58,650 nucleotides of DNA, from the NCBI GenBank assembly GCA_016178075.1, contig JACOUA010000305.1:1-58650 (forward strand), in the 5' to 3' direction. A program made the position numbers and the translations under genes. The stretch comes from Acidobacteriota bacterium (lineage in GTDB: Bacteria > Acidobacteriota > Vicinamibacteria > Vicinamibacterales > JACQTH01). The notes under the pieces were generated by a model, which was given only the letters and a program-made list of their open reading frames with translations, had not been told where the DNA came from and made no database searches. Positions 17,081 through 25,938 of the stretch are shown here, piece after piece. Position 1 is the stretch's first letter. Each line of letters starts with the position of its first letter.

Positions 17081-18928
17081 TCACAGCGCCGTTGGTGACA
17101 CCCGACGGGTCGGCGGTGGCGGCGCCGCCTCGGGTTCCGGCGTGAAATCCTCGCCGGGGTTCACGAACCGATCGCTTTCGAACTGATACTGCTTATCGTA
17201 GAGCTGACGGTAGCGCCCGAGCGCCGCCAGCAGCTGCTCGTGCGTGCCGCGCTCCACGATCTCTCCATGTTCCAGGACCAGGATCTGATCGGCGCTCCGG
17301 ATCGTCGACAGGCGGTGCGCAATGACGAACGTCGTCCTGCCGTGGCGGAGCGATCGCAGGCCGTCCTGGATGAGCGCCTCGCTCTCGCTGTCGAGGCTCG
17401 AGGTGGCTTCGTCCAGGACGAGAATCCGCGGGTCGGCGAGGATCGCCCGCGCGATCGCGATCCGCTGGCGCTGGCCCCCCGACAACTTGATCCCGCGCTC
17501 CCCAACGATGGTGTCGTATTTCTCGGGAAACCCTTCGATGAACTCGTCGCAGTGGGCGATGCGGCTCGCCTGGCGGATTTCGGCGTCGGCCGCGTACGGC
17601 TTCGAATAGCGGATGTTGTCCGCCACCGAGCCGTCGAAGAGAAAGTTGTCCTGCAGGACGACGCCGAGCTGCGCACGGTAGTCGTGCAGCCTCAGCTGAT
17701 CCAGGTCGCGGCTGTCGACGAAGATCCGGCCGGCGGTGGGACGATGGAACGCCATCACCAGGCCGATCAACGTGCTCTTGCCCGATCCACTCGGCCCGAC
17801 GAGCGCCGTCGTCGATCCCGCGCGCGCGCGAAACGAAACGTGCCGCAGGACCGGCATATTCTGGCGGTACTCGAAGTTCACATCGTCGAACACCACCTCC
17901 CCGCGAACCTCGTCGATGGGGTCGCGCTTCTCGGACTCGTGACGCTCCGTATCCATCGAGCGAATCTCGCGGATCCGATCGAGGCCGGCAAACGCTTCGG
18001 TAATCTGCGTCCCAATCGACGCGATCTGGACCAGAGGCGCCGCGACCATCCCCGTGAAGAGAATATAGGTGACGAAGTCGCCCAGGGTCATCGTGCCGGC
18101 GAGAATCGCGCGGCCGCCGACCACGATCATGATGACCCCGATGACGCCGATCACGACCGTCGAGACCGCCGTCATGGCCGAAACGCCGGTGATCGTCTGC
18201 GCGACGTTGCGGAAGATTCGATGCACGCCTTTGGCGAAGACCAATTCCTCGCGCTTCTCGGCCGTGTAGGCCTTGACGACTCGAATGCCGCCGAGCGCTT
18301 CGTTCAGCCGGCCCGTCACCTCCGCGTTGATTTTGCCGCGTTCGCGGAAGATGGGCCGAAGCTTCATGAACGCCATCGCGAGGCACCCGCCGAAGGTGCC
18401 GAGCACCACGATCGTGATGAGGGTCAGGCGCCAGTTCAGGTAGAAGAGCACACCGATCGCGATGGTGGCGGTCACCAGGCCGCCGGCCAGCTGCACGAGG
18501 CCATTCCCCACCAGATTCCGGACGCCTTCCGCGTCGGTCATGATGCGGGAAATCAGGACGCCGGTCTTCGTCGAATCGAAGAAGCGGACCGGCAGGTGCA
18601 TGACGTGACGCTGCACCGCGCGCCGCATGTCGGTGATGGCGCGCTGCGCCGCGACGCCCAATACCTGGGAGAGCGCGAACGACGTTGCTGCCTGCACGAT
18701 CGTGGCGCCACCAACCGCCACCGCCAGCCACACGAGCAGGTCCGCGCGGTGCTTGACGATGATCTCGTCGATGAGGACCTTGGACGAGGCCGGCAACACC
18801 AGGCCAGCCAGACGGCTCACGAGCATCAGCACCAGCCCGATCGCCAGCCGGCGCTTGTGCTGCCACACGAGCTCCTGCGCCTCGCGCCAGGCAGCAGAGA
18901 CGGTGACTTTCTTTTTGGGAGGTTCCAT
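17081..18928 (-). CDS. ABC exporter, fused permease/ATPase (MsbA-like)
   Basis: 615 aa. Six-TM N-terminal domain, Walker A GPSGSGKST, signature LSGGQRQR, Walker B ILVLDEATS. Confidence 0.9.
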   Translation of the reverse strand: MEPPKKKVTVSAAWREAQELVWQHKRRLAIGLVLMLVSRLAGLVLPASSKVLIDEIIVKHRADLLVWLAVAVGGATIVQAATSFALSQVLGVAAQRAITDMRRAVQRHVMHLPVRFFDSTKTGVLISRIMTDAEGVRNLVGNGLVQLAGGLVTATIAIGVLFYLNWRLTLITIVVLGTFGGCLAMAFMKLRPIFRERGKINAEVTGRLNEALGGIRVVKAYTAEKREELVFAKGVHRIFRNVAQTITGVSAMTAVSTVVIGVIGVIMIVVGGRAILAGTMTLGDFVTYILFTGMVAAPLVQIASIGTQITEAFAGLDRIREIRSMDTERHESEKRDPIDEVRGEVVFDDVNFEYRQNMPVLRHVSFRARAGSTTALVGPSGSGKSTLIGLVMAFHRPTAGRIFVDSRDLDQLRLHDYRAQLGVVLQDNFLFDGSVADNIRYSKPYAADAEIRQASRIAHCDEFIEGFPEKYDTIVGERGIKLSGGQRQRIAIARAILADPRILVLDEATSSLDSESEALIQDGLRSLRHGRTTFVIAHRLSTIRSADQILVLEHGEIVERGTHEQLLAALGRYRQLYDKQYQFESDRFVNPGEDFTPEPEAAPPPPTRRVSPTAL

Positions 18929-18931
18929 TTT

Positions 18932-18977
18932 GCTATCAGCTATCAGCTTTCAGCTTTCAGCTATCAGCTTTCAGCTA
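18932..18977. repeat. heptamer tandem array (GCTWTCA)x6.5; GCTGAWA on the ABC-exporter sense strand
   Basis: gctatca gctatca gctttca gctttca gctatca gctttca gcta. The array ends 3 nt from the exporter ATG (18928). Confidence 0.95.
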
Positions 18978-19125
18978 GAGCTTCCATCTTCAGTTCACGT
19001 TTCCATATCAGGATCTCCCTTAATCGTATCAGCTTCGGCCCGCTGTCTTGAGCCGCTGATAAACTGACACGAGGCGCAGCGGTTCGGAGAGCTGAAAGGT
19101 GAGAGTCTGAGAAACAATGCCCGAG

Positions 19126-19187
19126 ATCACCACAGAGCGCACAGAGAACAATAGGATTCTCTCCGTGGTCTTCGTGGGCTCCGTGGT
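19126..19187. repeat. CACAGAG-type imperfect hairpin upstream of dinB
   Basis: ATCACCACAGAGCGCACAGAGAA-caatagg-ATTCTCTCCGTGGTCTTCGTGGGCTCCGTGGT, followed by a T7 run at 19196..19202. Confidence 0.8.
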
Positions 19188-19230
19188 AAAGCGGGTTTTT
19201 TTCACAAGCTCTGACAGCTGAGGGCTTCCC

Positions 19231-20295
19231 ATGGACCGCCGCATCCTCCATATCGACATGGACGCGTTCTACGCGTCGGTCGAGCAGCGGGACGACGCGA
19301 GCCTGCGCGGGAAGCCGGTCGCGGTGGGCGGGCCGCCCGACCAGCGCGGGGTCGTGGCCGCGGCCAGCTACGAGGCGCGGATCTTCGGCGTCCACTCCGC
19401 CATGCCGATGGCGACCGCCGTACGCCTTTGCCCCGCGCTCGTCATCGTCGCGCCTGACTTCCAGAAGTATCGGACGGTCTCGAAGGTCATCTTCGACATC
19501 TTCCGATCGGTGACGCCGCTCGTCGAACCGCTGTCGATGGACGAAGCGTACCTCGACGTCACCGAGAATGCCTGGGGCGAGGCGCTCGGGGTCACGGTCG
19601 CGAAGCGCATCAAGCAAGAGATCCGCGATCGCACCGAGCTCACGGCGTCGGCCGGCGTCGCCCCGAACAAATTCCTCGCCAAGATCGCCTCGGGGTGGAA
19701 GAAGCCGAACGGCCTGACGGTCATCGCACCCGACCGCATCGAATCCTTTCTACAGGAGCTACCGATTGACGCGTTCTGGGGCGTCGGTCCGAAGACCGCG
19801 CGCAAGCTCCGCGCCCTGGGGCTGCAGAAAGTGGTGGATGTGCGGGCGGTGGATCTGGAGTTGTTGCGCGGGGCCGTCGGGAGCCTGGCGGAGTGGCTCA
19901 AGCGACTGGCCGACGGTCACGACGATCGAGCGGTCGAACCCGACCGGCCGGCCAAGTCGGCCAGCACGGAGAATACGTATGCGACCGACATCAGGGATCT
20001 GCAGACCATCCGCGCAGAGATCGCCGAGATGGCCCAGCACAGCGCGCGCTGGCTCGAACGGACACAGCGGCTGTGCCGAACGGTGACGATCAAGGTCCGG
20101 TATGGCAACTTCACGACGATCACGCGCAGCCATTCGACAAAGGTCCCGACCCGCTCGGCCGACGAGCTCGTGCGGCGCGCCCTCCACCTGCTCGATCGGA
20201 CCGAGGCCGGCCGCCTCCCCGTGCGCCTCCTGGGCGTCGGCGTCACGGGCCTCACCGAAGAAGGCGAATCGGGGACGATGGACAAACTGTTCTGA
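19231..20295 (+). CDS. dinB: DNA polymerase IV
   Basis: ILHIDMDAFYASVEQRDD..KPVAVGG.. is collinear with the Y-family DinB, and the length (354 aa) fits. Confidence 0.95.
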   Translation: MDRRILHIDMDAFYASVEQRDDASLRGKPVAVGGPPDQRGVVAAASYEARIFGVHSAMPMATAVRLCPALVIVAPDFQKYRTVSKVIFDIFRSVTPLVEPLSMDEAYLDVTENAWGEALGVTVAKRIKQEIRDRTELTASAGVAPNKFLAKIASGWKKPNGLTVIAPDRIESFLQELPIDAFWGVGPKTARKLRALGLQKVVDVRAVDLELLRGAVGSLAEWLKRLADGHDDRAVEPDRPAKSASTENTYATDIRDLQTIRAEIAEMAQHSARWLERTQRLCRTVTIKVRYGNFTTITRSHSTKVPTRSADELVRRALHLLDRTEAGRLPVRLLGVGVTGLTEEGESGTMDKLF

Positions 20296-20409
20296 ATCGC
20301 AAACCTGTAGGGGGCAGGAAAACCTCCGAACCCTACGGCCGTCACCGACTCGGGTTCAGTTTTCCTTCTAGCTCGTCGTACACCTTCCGTCATGACTGCT
20401 CCTTGACAC

Positions 20410-22506
20410 CTACGACCGAGGCGCGCGAAGCGCGAGCACCACCGCGACGACAAAGAGCGCGATGCCAACGATGTCCTGCGTCAGGCCGGCGTAGAAAAGC
20501 AGACCACCGGAGGCCACGAACAATGCGCGCGCGGTCCATCCGATCGGATGTCGGAACCATCCGGCCGCGCCGAACACCACGGCGGCGAGCCCCACCGCGG
20601 CCGTCACCACCGCCACGAGAATCTCGCTCACCGTGCCCTGCATCAGGAGCGCCAGCCCCGAAGGTCCCGAGGTGAAGGCAAACGGCACGAGAAACACCGG
20701 CAGCGTGTAGCGCCAGGCCGCCATCATGGCGCGATAGAAGTTGGCACCGGTGATGGCGCTCGCGGCGAGCGGGCTCAGCCCGACCGGCGGGCTGACCTCG
20801 GACAGGACCGCGTAGTAGAAGATGAACATGTGCGCGGCGTAGATCGGGACGCCCAGCTTGACGAGCGCCGGCGCGACGATCACCGCCGCGATGATGTACG
20901 ACGCGGTGATGGGGAGCGCCAGCCCCAGCGTCCACACGCTCAAGGCCGCCATGATGAGCGTGAGAAAGCGGTTGCCGACGCCGAGCCCGATGATGAGATC
21001 GCCGAACTTCAGGCCCAGCCCGGTCAGCGAGACGACCCCGATGATCAACCCCGCCGCGGCGGTCGTCACCGAAACGGCGAGAATCTGTCGCGACCCCGTA
21101 GCCAAGGCGGCGTTCAGGCTCGACGATCCCGCCAGACGCGACTGAAGAAGGCTGGCTGCGGAGAGCGCGATGAGCCCGAAGACGGCCGCGGCGGTCAGGC
21201 TTCTGATCCCGACCACGCTCCCCAACCCGAGCTGCGACCCGAAGGTGAGGGTCACGACCGCGACCGCCAGAAACACCAGGCCGAATCGCCGATCCAGGAG
21301 GGCCGACTCGCGCCGGACGAGCGAGGTCAGGCAGGCCAGCACGACGGCCCAAGTCGCCGCGAACATCGGCGTCAGGCCGGCCACCATCAGACCGACGAGC
21401 AGAAACAGGCTGACGAAGTGGTACCAGTAGCGGCCGAGCAGCGTCAACGGTCGCGGCATCGGCGACGTCACCGGTTTCAACGCAAACCGGCGCGCATCCA
21501 GCTCGAGCATCAGGAAGATCCCGAGGTAGTACAGGAAGGTGGGAATCAGGGCGTACCTGATCACCTTCAGGTAGCTCACCTGCACGAACTCCGCGATGAG
21601 AAAGGCCGCCGCACCCATCACCGGCGGGCTGATCACGGCGCCGATGCCGCCCGCCGCGAGGATGCCGGCGGCAGCATCGCGCGGATACCCGGCCCGCTCC
21701 AGCATCGGCCACGTGACGGTCCCCACCGTGACCGTTGTCGCCACGCCGGATCCGGTGACCGCGCCGAGCAGCAGCGACGCGAGGACGGCGCCCCGTCCGG
21801 CACCCGCGGATTGCCGTCCGGTGGCTGCGAATGCCAGCTCGACGAAAAAGCGGCCGGCCTTGGATGCTTCCAGCACGGACCCATAGATCGTGAACAGAAT
21901 GATGTAGGTGGCCGCGACGTCGAGCGGCACGCCGAAGATCCCCTCGAGCGTCATGTACAAGTGCCCGATCGTGCGCTCGAGGTCGTAGCCCCGGTGACCC
22001 CACGCGCCGGGCAGGATCGATCCCAACCACGCGTACAAGAGGAAGGCAACGACCAGACCCGTCAGCACCGGGCTCACCGTGCGGCGGGTGGCTTCCAGGA
22101 TCAACAGCATCAGCACGGCGCCCATCGTCACATCCGCGAGGGACGGTGTCACCGAGCGTTCCACGAAGCGATCGAAGTCGACCAGGACGTAGGCCGTCGC
22201 CGCGATCGCCAGCACGGCCAGGATCACGTCGTACCAAGGGACAGTTGCGCGACGTCCTCGCGCGGCCGGATACAGGACGAGCGCGAGCGGGAGCGTGAAC
22301 ATCAGGTGGCTCGCGCGGAACGCGTGTGTGGGAATCGTCGCAATCACCGCGTAGAGGTGATAGAGACTCATCAGCACGAGGGCGACGAAGATCAGCGACC
22401 CCGCGCGGCCGCCGAGCGTGCGCGTGGGCGCCTCGGCTCGCTCGATGATCGCTTCGAGGTCATCCGCGGTTGTTAGGCTATCGGAAGCGGACGTGGACGC
22501 AGACAT
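20410..22506 (-). CDS. TRAP transporter fused permease (TAXI-type, DctQM-like)
   Basis: About 698-aa polytopic membrane protein. ATG 22506 overlaps the stop of the TAXI binding-protein gene (TGATG). Confidence 0.9.
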   Translation of the reverse strand: MSASTSASDSLTTADDLEAIIERAEAPTRTLGGRAGSLIFVALVLMSLYHLYAVIATIPTHAFRASHLMFTLPLALVLYPAARGRRATVPWYDVILAVLAIAATAYVLVDFDRFVERSVTPSLADVTMGAVLMLLILEATRRTVSPVLTGLVVAFLLYAWLGSILPGAWGHRGYDLERTIGHLYMTLEGIFGVPLDVAATYIILFTIYGSVLEASKAGRFFVELAFAATGRQSAGAGRGAVLASLLLGAVTGSGVATTVTVGTVTWPMLERAGYPRDAAAGILAAGGIGAVISPPVMGAAAFLIAEFVQVSYLKVIRYALIPTFLYYLGIFLMLELDARRFALKPVTSPMPRPLTLLGRYWYHFVSLFLLVGLMVAGLTPMFAATWAVVLACLTSLVRRESALLDRRFGLVFLAVAVVTLTFGSQLGLGSVVGIRSLTAAAVFGLIALSAASLLQSRLAGSSSLNAALATGSRQILAVSVTTAAAGLIIGVVSLTGLGLKFGDLIIGLGVGNRFLTLIMAALSVWTLGLALPITASYIIAAVIVAPALVKLGVPIYAAHMFIFYYAVLSEVSPPVGLSPLAASAITGANFYRAMMAAWRYTLPVFLVPFAFTSGPSGLALLMQGTVSEILVAVVTAAVGLAAVVFGAAGWFRHPIGWTARALFVASGGLLFYAGLTQDIVGIALFVVAVVLALRAPRS

Positions 22507-23471
22507 CAACGGGGCAGGTCGCGCAGGATTCCGCTTTCCTCGTAGTAGCGGCGGGCCCCCGGATGGAGGGGAATCGGCAGACCGACGGTCGCGGTCTCGA
22601 GCTTCAGGTTTCGGGCCTCGGGATGAACGGCCGCTAAATCCGCTTTGTTGTCGAACATGCTCTTCGTGATCTGGTACGCCAGCGCTTGGTCGAAATCGGC
22701 GCGGACGACGAGGAGATTGGCGACCCCGACCACGTCGGTGTCACGCGCCGTCTTGTAGACGTCCTTCGGGATCGTCAGCGGAAAATAGAGCGGCCCGTAT
22801 TTCTCGACCAGCTTCGGCAGCAGGTCGGCGCAGGGCACGAGCGTGATGTGGATGTTGGGGGTGTTGGCGAGATCCTGAATCGCGCTCGTCGGTAGTCCGC
22901 CCGACCAGACGAACGCGTCAATCTTGCGATCCTTGATCGCGCCTGCCGACTCGTTCACGCCCAGGCGATCCTGGATCACGTCGGAGGTGTTCAGCCCCGC
23001 CGCCTCGACGGCCCGGAGCCCAATCACCTCAGTGCCCGATCCCGGTGCCCCCAGACTGACACGCTTCCCGCGCAGATCGGCGACCGAGGCGATGCCGCTG
23101 CCGTCGAGCGTGACGAGATGTGTGTAGTTGTTGTAGAGGACGGCGAGCGCGCGAATGTCGAGCGGGGTACTGAAGCGGCCGCGGCCTTTGTGCGCGTCAA
23201 AGGCGGTGTCGGCAAGGCTAAACGCGAGATCGGCGCGCCGTGCCTCGAGCAGCTTCATGTTATCGACCGAGGCGGCGGTCGCTTCCGCCGTCGCCTCGAC
23301 CCCGGGGATCCACTTCCCGAGCAGATTGGCCAGGCCTCCGCCGTAGACGTAGTAGACGCCGCCGGTGCCGCCGGTGGCGATGGTGAGGAACGTGTGGCGC
23401 TCGCCGCACGCGAGACCCAGCGCACCGCACACGACGACGAGCAACAGCGGGAAGCGTCGGACCCAGGGCAT
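22506..23471 (-). CDS. TAXI family TRAP transporter solute-binding subunit
   Basis: Lipoprotein-like signal (LGLACG). The TIATGGTGGVYYVYGGGLANLL motif is typical of TAXI proteins. ATG 23471 preferred over TTG 23477. Confidence 0.9.
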   Translation of the reverse strand: MPWVRRFPLLLVVVCGALGLACGERHTFLTIATGGTGGVYYVYGGGLANLLGKWIPGVEATAEATAASVDNMKLLEARRADLAFSLADTAFDAHKGRGRFSTPLDIRALAVLYNNYTHLVTLDGSGIASVADLRGKRVSLGAPGSGTEVIGLRAVEAAGLNTSDVIQDRLGVNESAGAIKDRKIDAFVWSGGLPTSAIQDLANTPNIHITLVPCADLLPKLVEKYGPLYFPLTIPKDVYKTARDTDVVGVANLLVVRADFDQALAYQITKSMFDNKADLAAVHPEARNLKLETATVGLPIPLHPGARRYYEESGILRDLPR

Positions 23472-23494
23472 GCCCAATTCTGCATCAAGTCATG

Positions 23495-25525
23495 TTATTT
23501 CCTGAAAATCCCCCTCAACCGAGCGCTGATGTCCCGAAGCATGTCAGCTATCGCGCGAGACGCCCGCTCCTGCAGCGTGATCTGATGAAGCGGACAGGTG
23601 CGATTCGGAATCGCATCGCCTGGCTTGAAGTACTCGACGTAGGTGGGACAGCCTTCGGCAGGCCGGAGGTACGTGACGCTGCAGAGGACCTCGTCGCGCA
23701 GGCCGGCGGGCACGGCAAATCGGCCCGACGGTCGTGAACGGGCCGCGCGCCGCATGAAGTCGGCCCAGATCGGCAGCGCCACGCGCGCCCCGAACGCCTC
23801 CCGCGCGATCGGCGTCGGCTGATCGAAGCCCACCCACACGCCGGCGACGAGGCGGTTCGAAAACCCGACGAACCACGCATCCTTGAAGTCGTCCGTCGTC
23901 CCCGTCTTTCCGGCCGCGGGGAAGTCGACGCCGAGCGCACGGGCTCTCGCGCCGGTGCCGCGATCGATCACGTCCTGCAGCATCGAGACGATCTGGAACG
24001 CCGTCTCCGGCGAGAGCACCTGCCGCCGTTCCGCCGGCTCCTCGAGGGCCACGCCGCCCTCCGCATCCAGCACGCGGGGCAGCGCCAGCGGCTTCACGGC
24101 AAACCCGCCGTTGGGAAACATCGAGTACGCCAGCGTGAGCTCGAGCGGCGTCACAACGCCGGTCCCGAGCGCGAGCGAGGGCACGTCCGGGAGCCCCTCG
24201 AGGCCCGCGCGCGACGCCAGCGTCAGGACAGGTTGTGATCCCACCTGCTGCTGCAACATCACGGCGGCGCGATTATCGGAGGCGAGCAAGGCCGCCCGCA
24301 GCGTCAGCTCGTCGGCCGATTCCCCGCGCGCGTTGTGCGGCGCCCACTCGTCGGGCCCCTGGGGCGCGATGCTGTTGAGACCCCGGAGGATCGAGACAGG
24401 CGACAACCCCCGCTCGAGGGCCGCGGCGTAGACGAATGGTTTGAAGGCCGAACCGGGTTGGCGCCGGCTGCGCGTGGCGCGGTTGTACGGATAACTCGCG
24501 AAGTCGCGACCGCCCACGAGCGCGAGCAGGTTCCCGGTGTCGGGATCGACAGCCACGAGCGCCGCCTGAAGATCCCGACGATTCAGACGTTGCAAACCCG
24601 TCTCGACCGCCTGTTCGGCCGCGAGCTGCAGCGCGCGCTCGAATGTGGTGTGGACCTGCCAGTCCGGCGGATGGCTGCCTCCGAACCGATCGCGAAAGCG
24701 CTGACGCAGGAACTCCTTCGCATAGCCCGATCGAGCGATCGCGCTTCGCGGGTACGGCCGGACAAGGAGCTGGGCCCTTGTCGCCTGACGCTCCTCCGCC
24801 CCGCTGATGGCCCGCTCCTCGCGCATACGCCCGAGGACGACGTGGCTGCGGCGGACCGCTGCGTCGAGGTTCGACCAGGGCGAGAACACCGACGGCGCGC
24901 GGATGAGACCCGCGATCAACGCTGCTTCCGCCAACGTGACGTCGCGCGACGGCTTGCCAAACAGCCGGCGCGCCATCGGCTCCACTCCGTACACGCCGGC
25001 GCTGAGATACACACGATTGAGATACAGCTCGAGAATCTGCTGCTTCGTCAACTGCTGCTCGATCATCCAGGCGATGCCCGCTTCTTTCAGCTTCCGGCCC
25101 CAGGTCCGCGAGTTCGACAGAAAGAGCGTGCGGGCGAGCTGTTGCGTGATCGTGCTGCCGCCTTCGACCGCGCCGGCGCGCCGGAGGTTTCGCGCCGTCG
25201 CGCGCACCAGCGCGATGGGATCGATGCCGGGATGCAAGAAGAATCGATGATCTTCGATCGCAACGACGGCCCGCTGCAGGTAGGGTGAGATCTCGGCGAG
25301 CGGCACGTCCTGGCGCTGCTCGTCCATGCGGAACCAGGGCTGCCCATCCGCCGTGTAAAAGACCGTATCGCCGACGCCCAGCCGCAAGCGGCTGACCGCC
25401 AGCTCGTAGCGGGCCAGCCACGCCACCACCGCGAGTCCCCAGGCCACCAGCAGCGCCAACAGGCCCAGCGCCGCGCACTGGCGCAGCGTGATCCCGAACA
25501 GCCGGGTTCGCAATTGGCGCATCAT
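23495..25525 (-). CDS. PBP1A-family bifunctional penicillin-binding protein (transglycosylase/transpeptidase)
   Basis: GT51 motifs AVVAIEDHRFFLHPGIDP, GGSTITQQL, RKLKEA. Transpeptidase motifs SAFKPFVY (SxxK) and KTGTT. I chose ATG 25525 because the track start 25549 (GTG) lies in a repeat hairpin. Confidence 0.9.
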   Translation of the reverse strand: MMRQLRTRLFGITLRQCAALGLLALLVAWGLAVVAWLARYELAVSRLRLGVGDTVFYTADGQPWFRMDEQRQDVPLAEISPYLQRAVVAIEDHRFFLHPGIDPIALVRATARNLRRAGAVEGGSTITQQLARTLFLSNSRTWGRKLKEAGIAWMIEQQLTKQQILELYLNRVYLSAGVYGVEPMARRLFGKPSRDVTLAEAALIAGLIRAPSVFSPWSNLDAAVRRSHVVLGRMREERAISGAEERQATRAQLLVRPYPRSAIARSGYAKEFLRQRFRDRFGGSHPPDWQVHTTFERALQLAAEQAVETGLQRLNRRDLQAALVAVDPDTGNLLALVGGRDFASYPYNRATRSRRQPGSAFKPFVYAAALERGLSPVSILRGLNSIAPQGPDEWAPHNARGESADELTLRAALLASDNRAAVMLQQQVGSQPVLTLASRAGLEGLPDVPSLALGTGVVTPLELTLAYSMFPNGGFAVKPLALPRVLDAEGGVALEEPAERRQVLSPETAFQIVSMLQDVIDRGTGARARALGVDFPAAGKTGTTDDFKDAWFVGFSNRLVAGVWVGFDQPTPIAREAFGARVALPIWADFMRRAARSRPSGRFAVPAGLRDEVLCSVTYLRPAEGCPTYVEYFKPGDAIPNRTCPLHQITLQERASRAIADMLRDISARLRGIFRK

Positions 25526-25595
25526 TTCTTGGTTGCGGCGGGGCCCCACCCCCGCCGCCTGCCGTCGCTTACGCTCCGGATCTTGCTTGCCACGC
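25526..25595 (-). repeat. leader-element copy directly upstream of the PBP1A start
   Basis: The minus strand reads GCGTGGCAAGCAAGATCCGGAGCGTAAGCGACGGCAGG-GCGGCGGGG-GTGGGG-CCCCGCCGC-AACCAAGAA-ATG(25525). Confidence 0.8.
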
Positions 25596-25692
25596 GTTCC
25601 CGCTTAGTGTCGCAGAGCGATAGGGCCCCGGAAAGCAGGGTCGAGGTGTGTTGATTCGGACCCAACTATCGGGATGCAAGCCTGCGGCCAGC

Positions 25693-25935
25693 CTACCTCT
25701 CAATTCGGACTCTGATGAGCTCGACGCGATCGACGGGCGCCTCGCCGTTTCGCGGAACCGACTCGATCGCCTCCACGACCGACAGCCCATCGACGACACG
25801 CCCGAACACGCTGTACCGGCGGTCGAGCGTGGGGGCGCGTCCTGCGCAGATGAAGAACGACGTCGACGCGCTGTTGGGCGTCGAATCTGGCCATCGACAG
25901 GATCCCCTTGGCCCCACCCCTACGGAAGTCTCGGC
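25693..25935 (-). pseudogene. cyclophilin-type peptidyl-prolyl isomerase remnant (N-terminal half missing, 1-nt frameshift)
   Basis: GILSMAR reads in one frame (25886..25906). The next frame gives STPNSASTSFFICAG..YSVFGRVVDGLSVVEAIESVP..PVDRVELIRVRI. Only about 80 of about 160 residues remain, and the remnant starts right at the permease stop. Confidence 0.6.
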
Positions 25936-25938
25936 ATG

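Noticed and set aside
17193-19051. 557-aa (minus) and 603-aa (plus) ORFs overlapping the ABC exporter
   Set aside because: These are an alternative frame and an antisense frame of a gene with clear Walker A/B and signature motifs. The plus-strand ORF ends by translating the heptamer array (SYQLSAFSYQLSA).
18978-19230. LexA operator upstream of dinB
   Set aside because: I searched by eye for GTTC-N7-GTTC / GAAC-N7-GAAC (the motif reported for Acidobacterium capsulatum) and for CTGT-N8-ACAG and found no match. The TATCAGC..GCTGATA inverted repeat (19037..19070) has 20-nt spacing and resembles the heptamer unit rather than a known SOS box.
20390-22476. 615-aa and 642-aa ORFs overlapping the TRAP permease
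   Set aside because: Their products are highly charged and Arg-rich, which is incompatible with the polytopic membrane protein encoded in the chosen frame. They are high-GC shadows.
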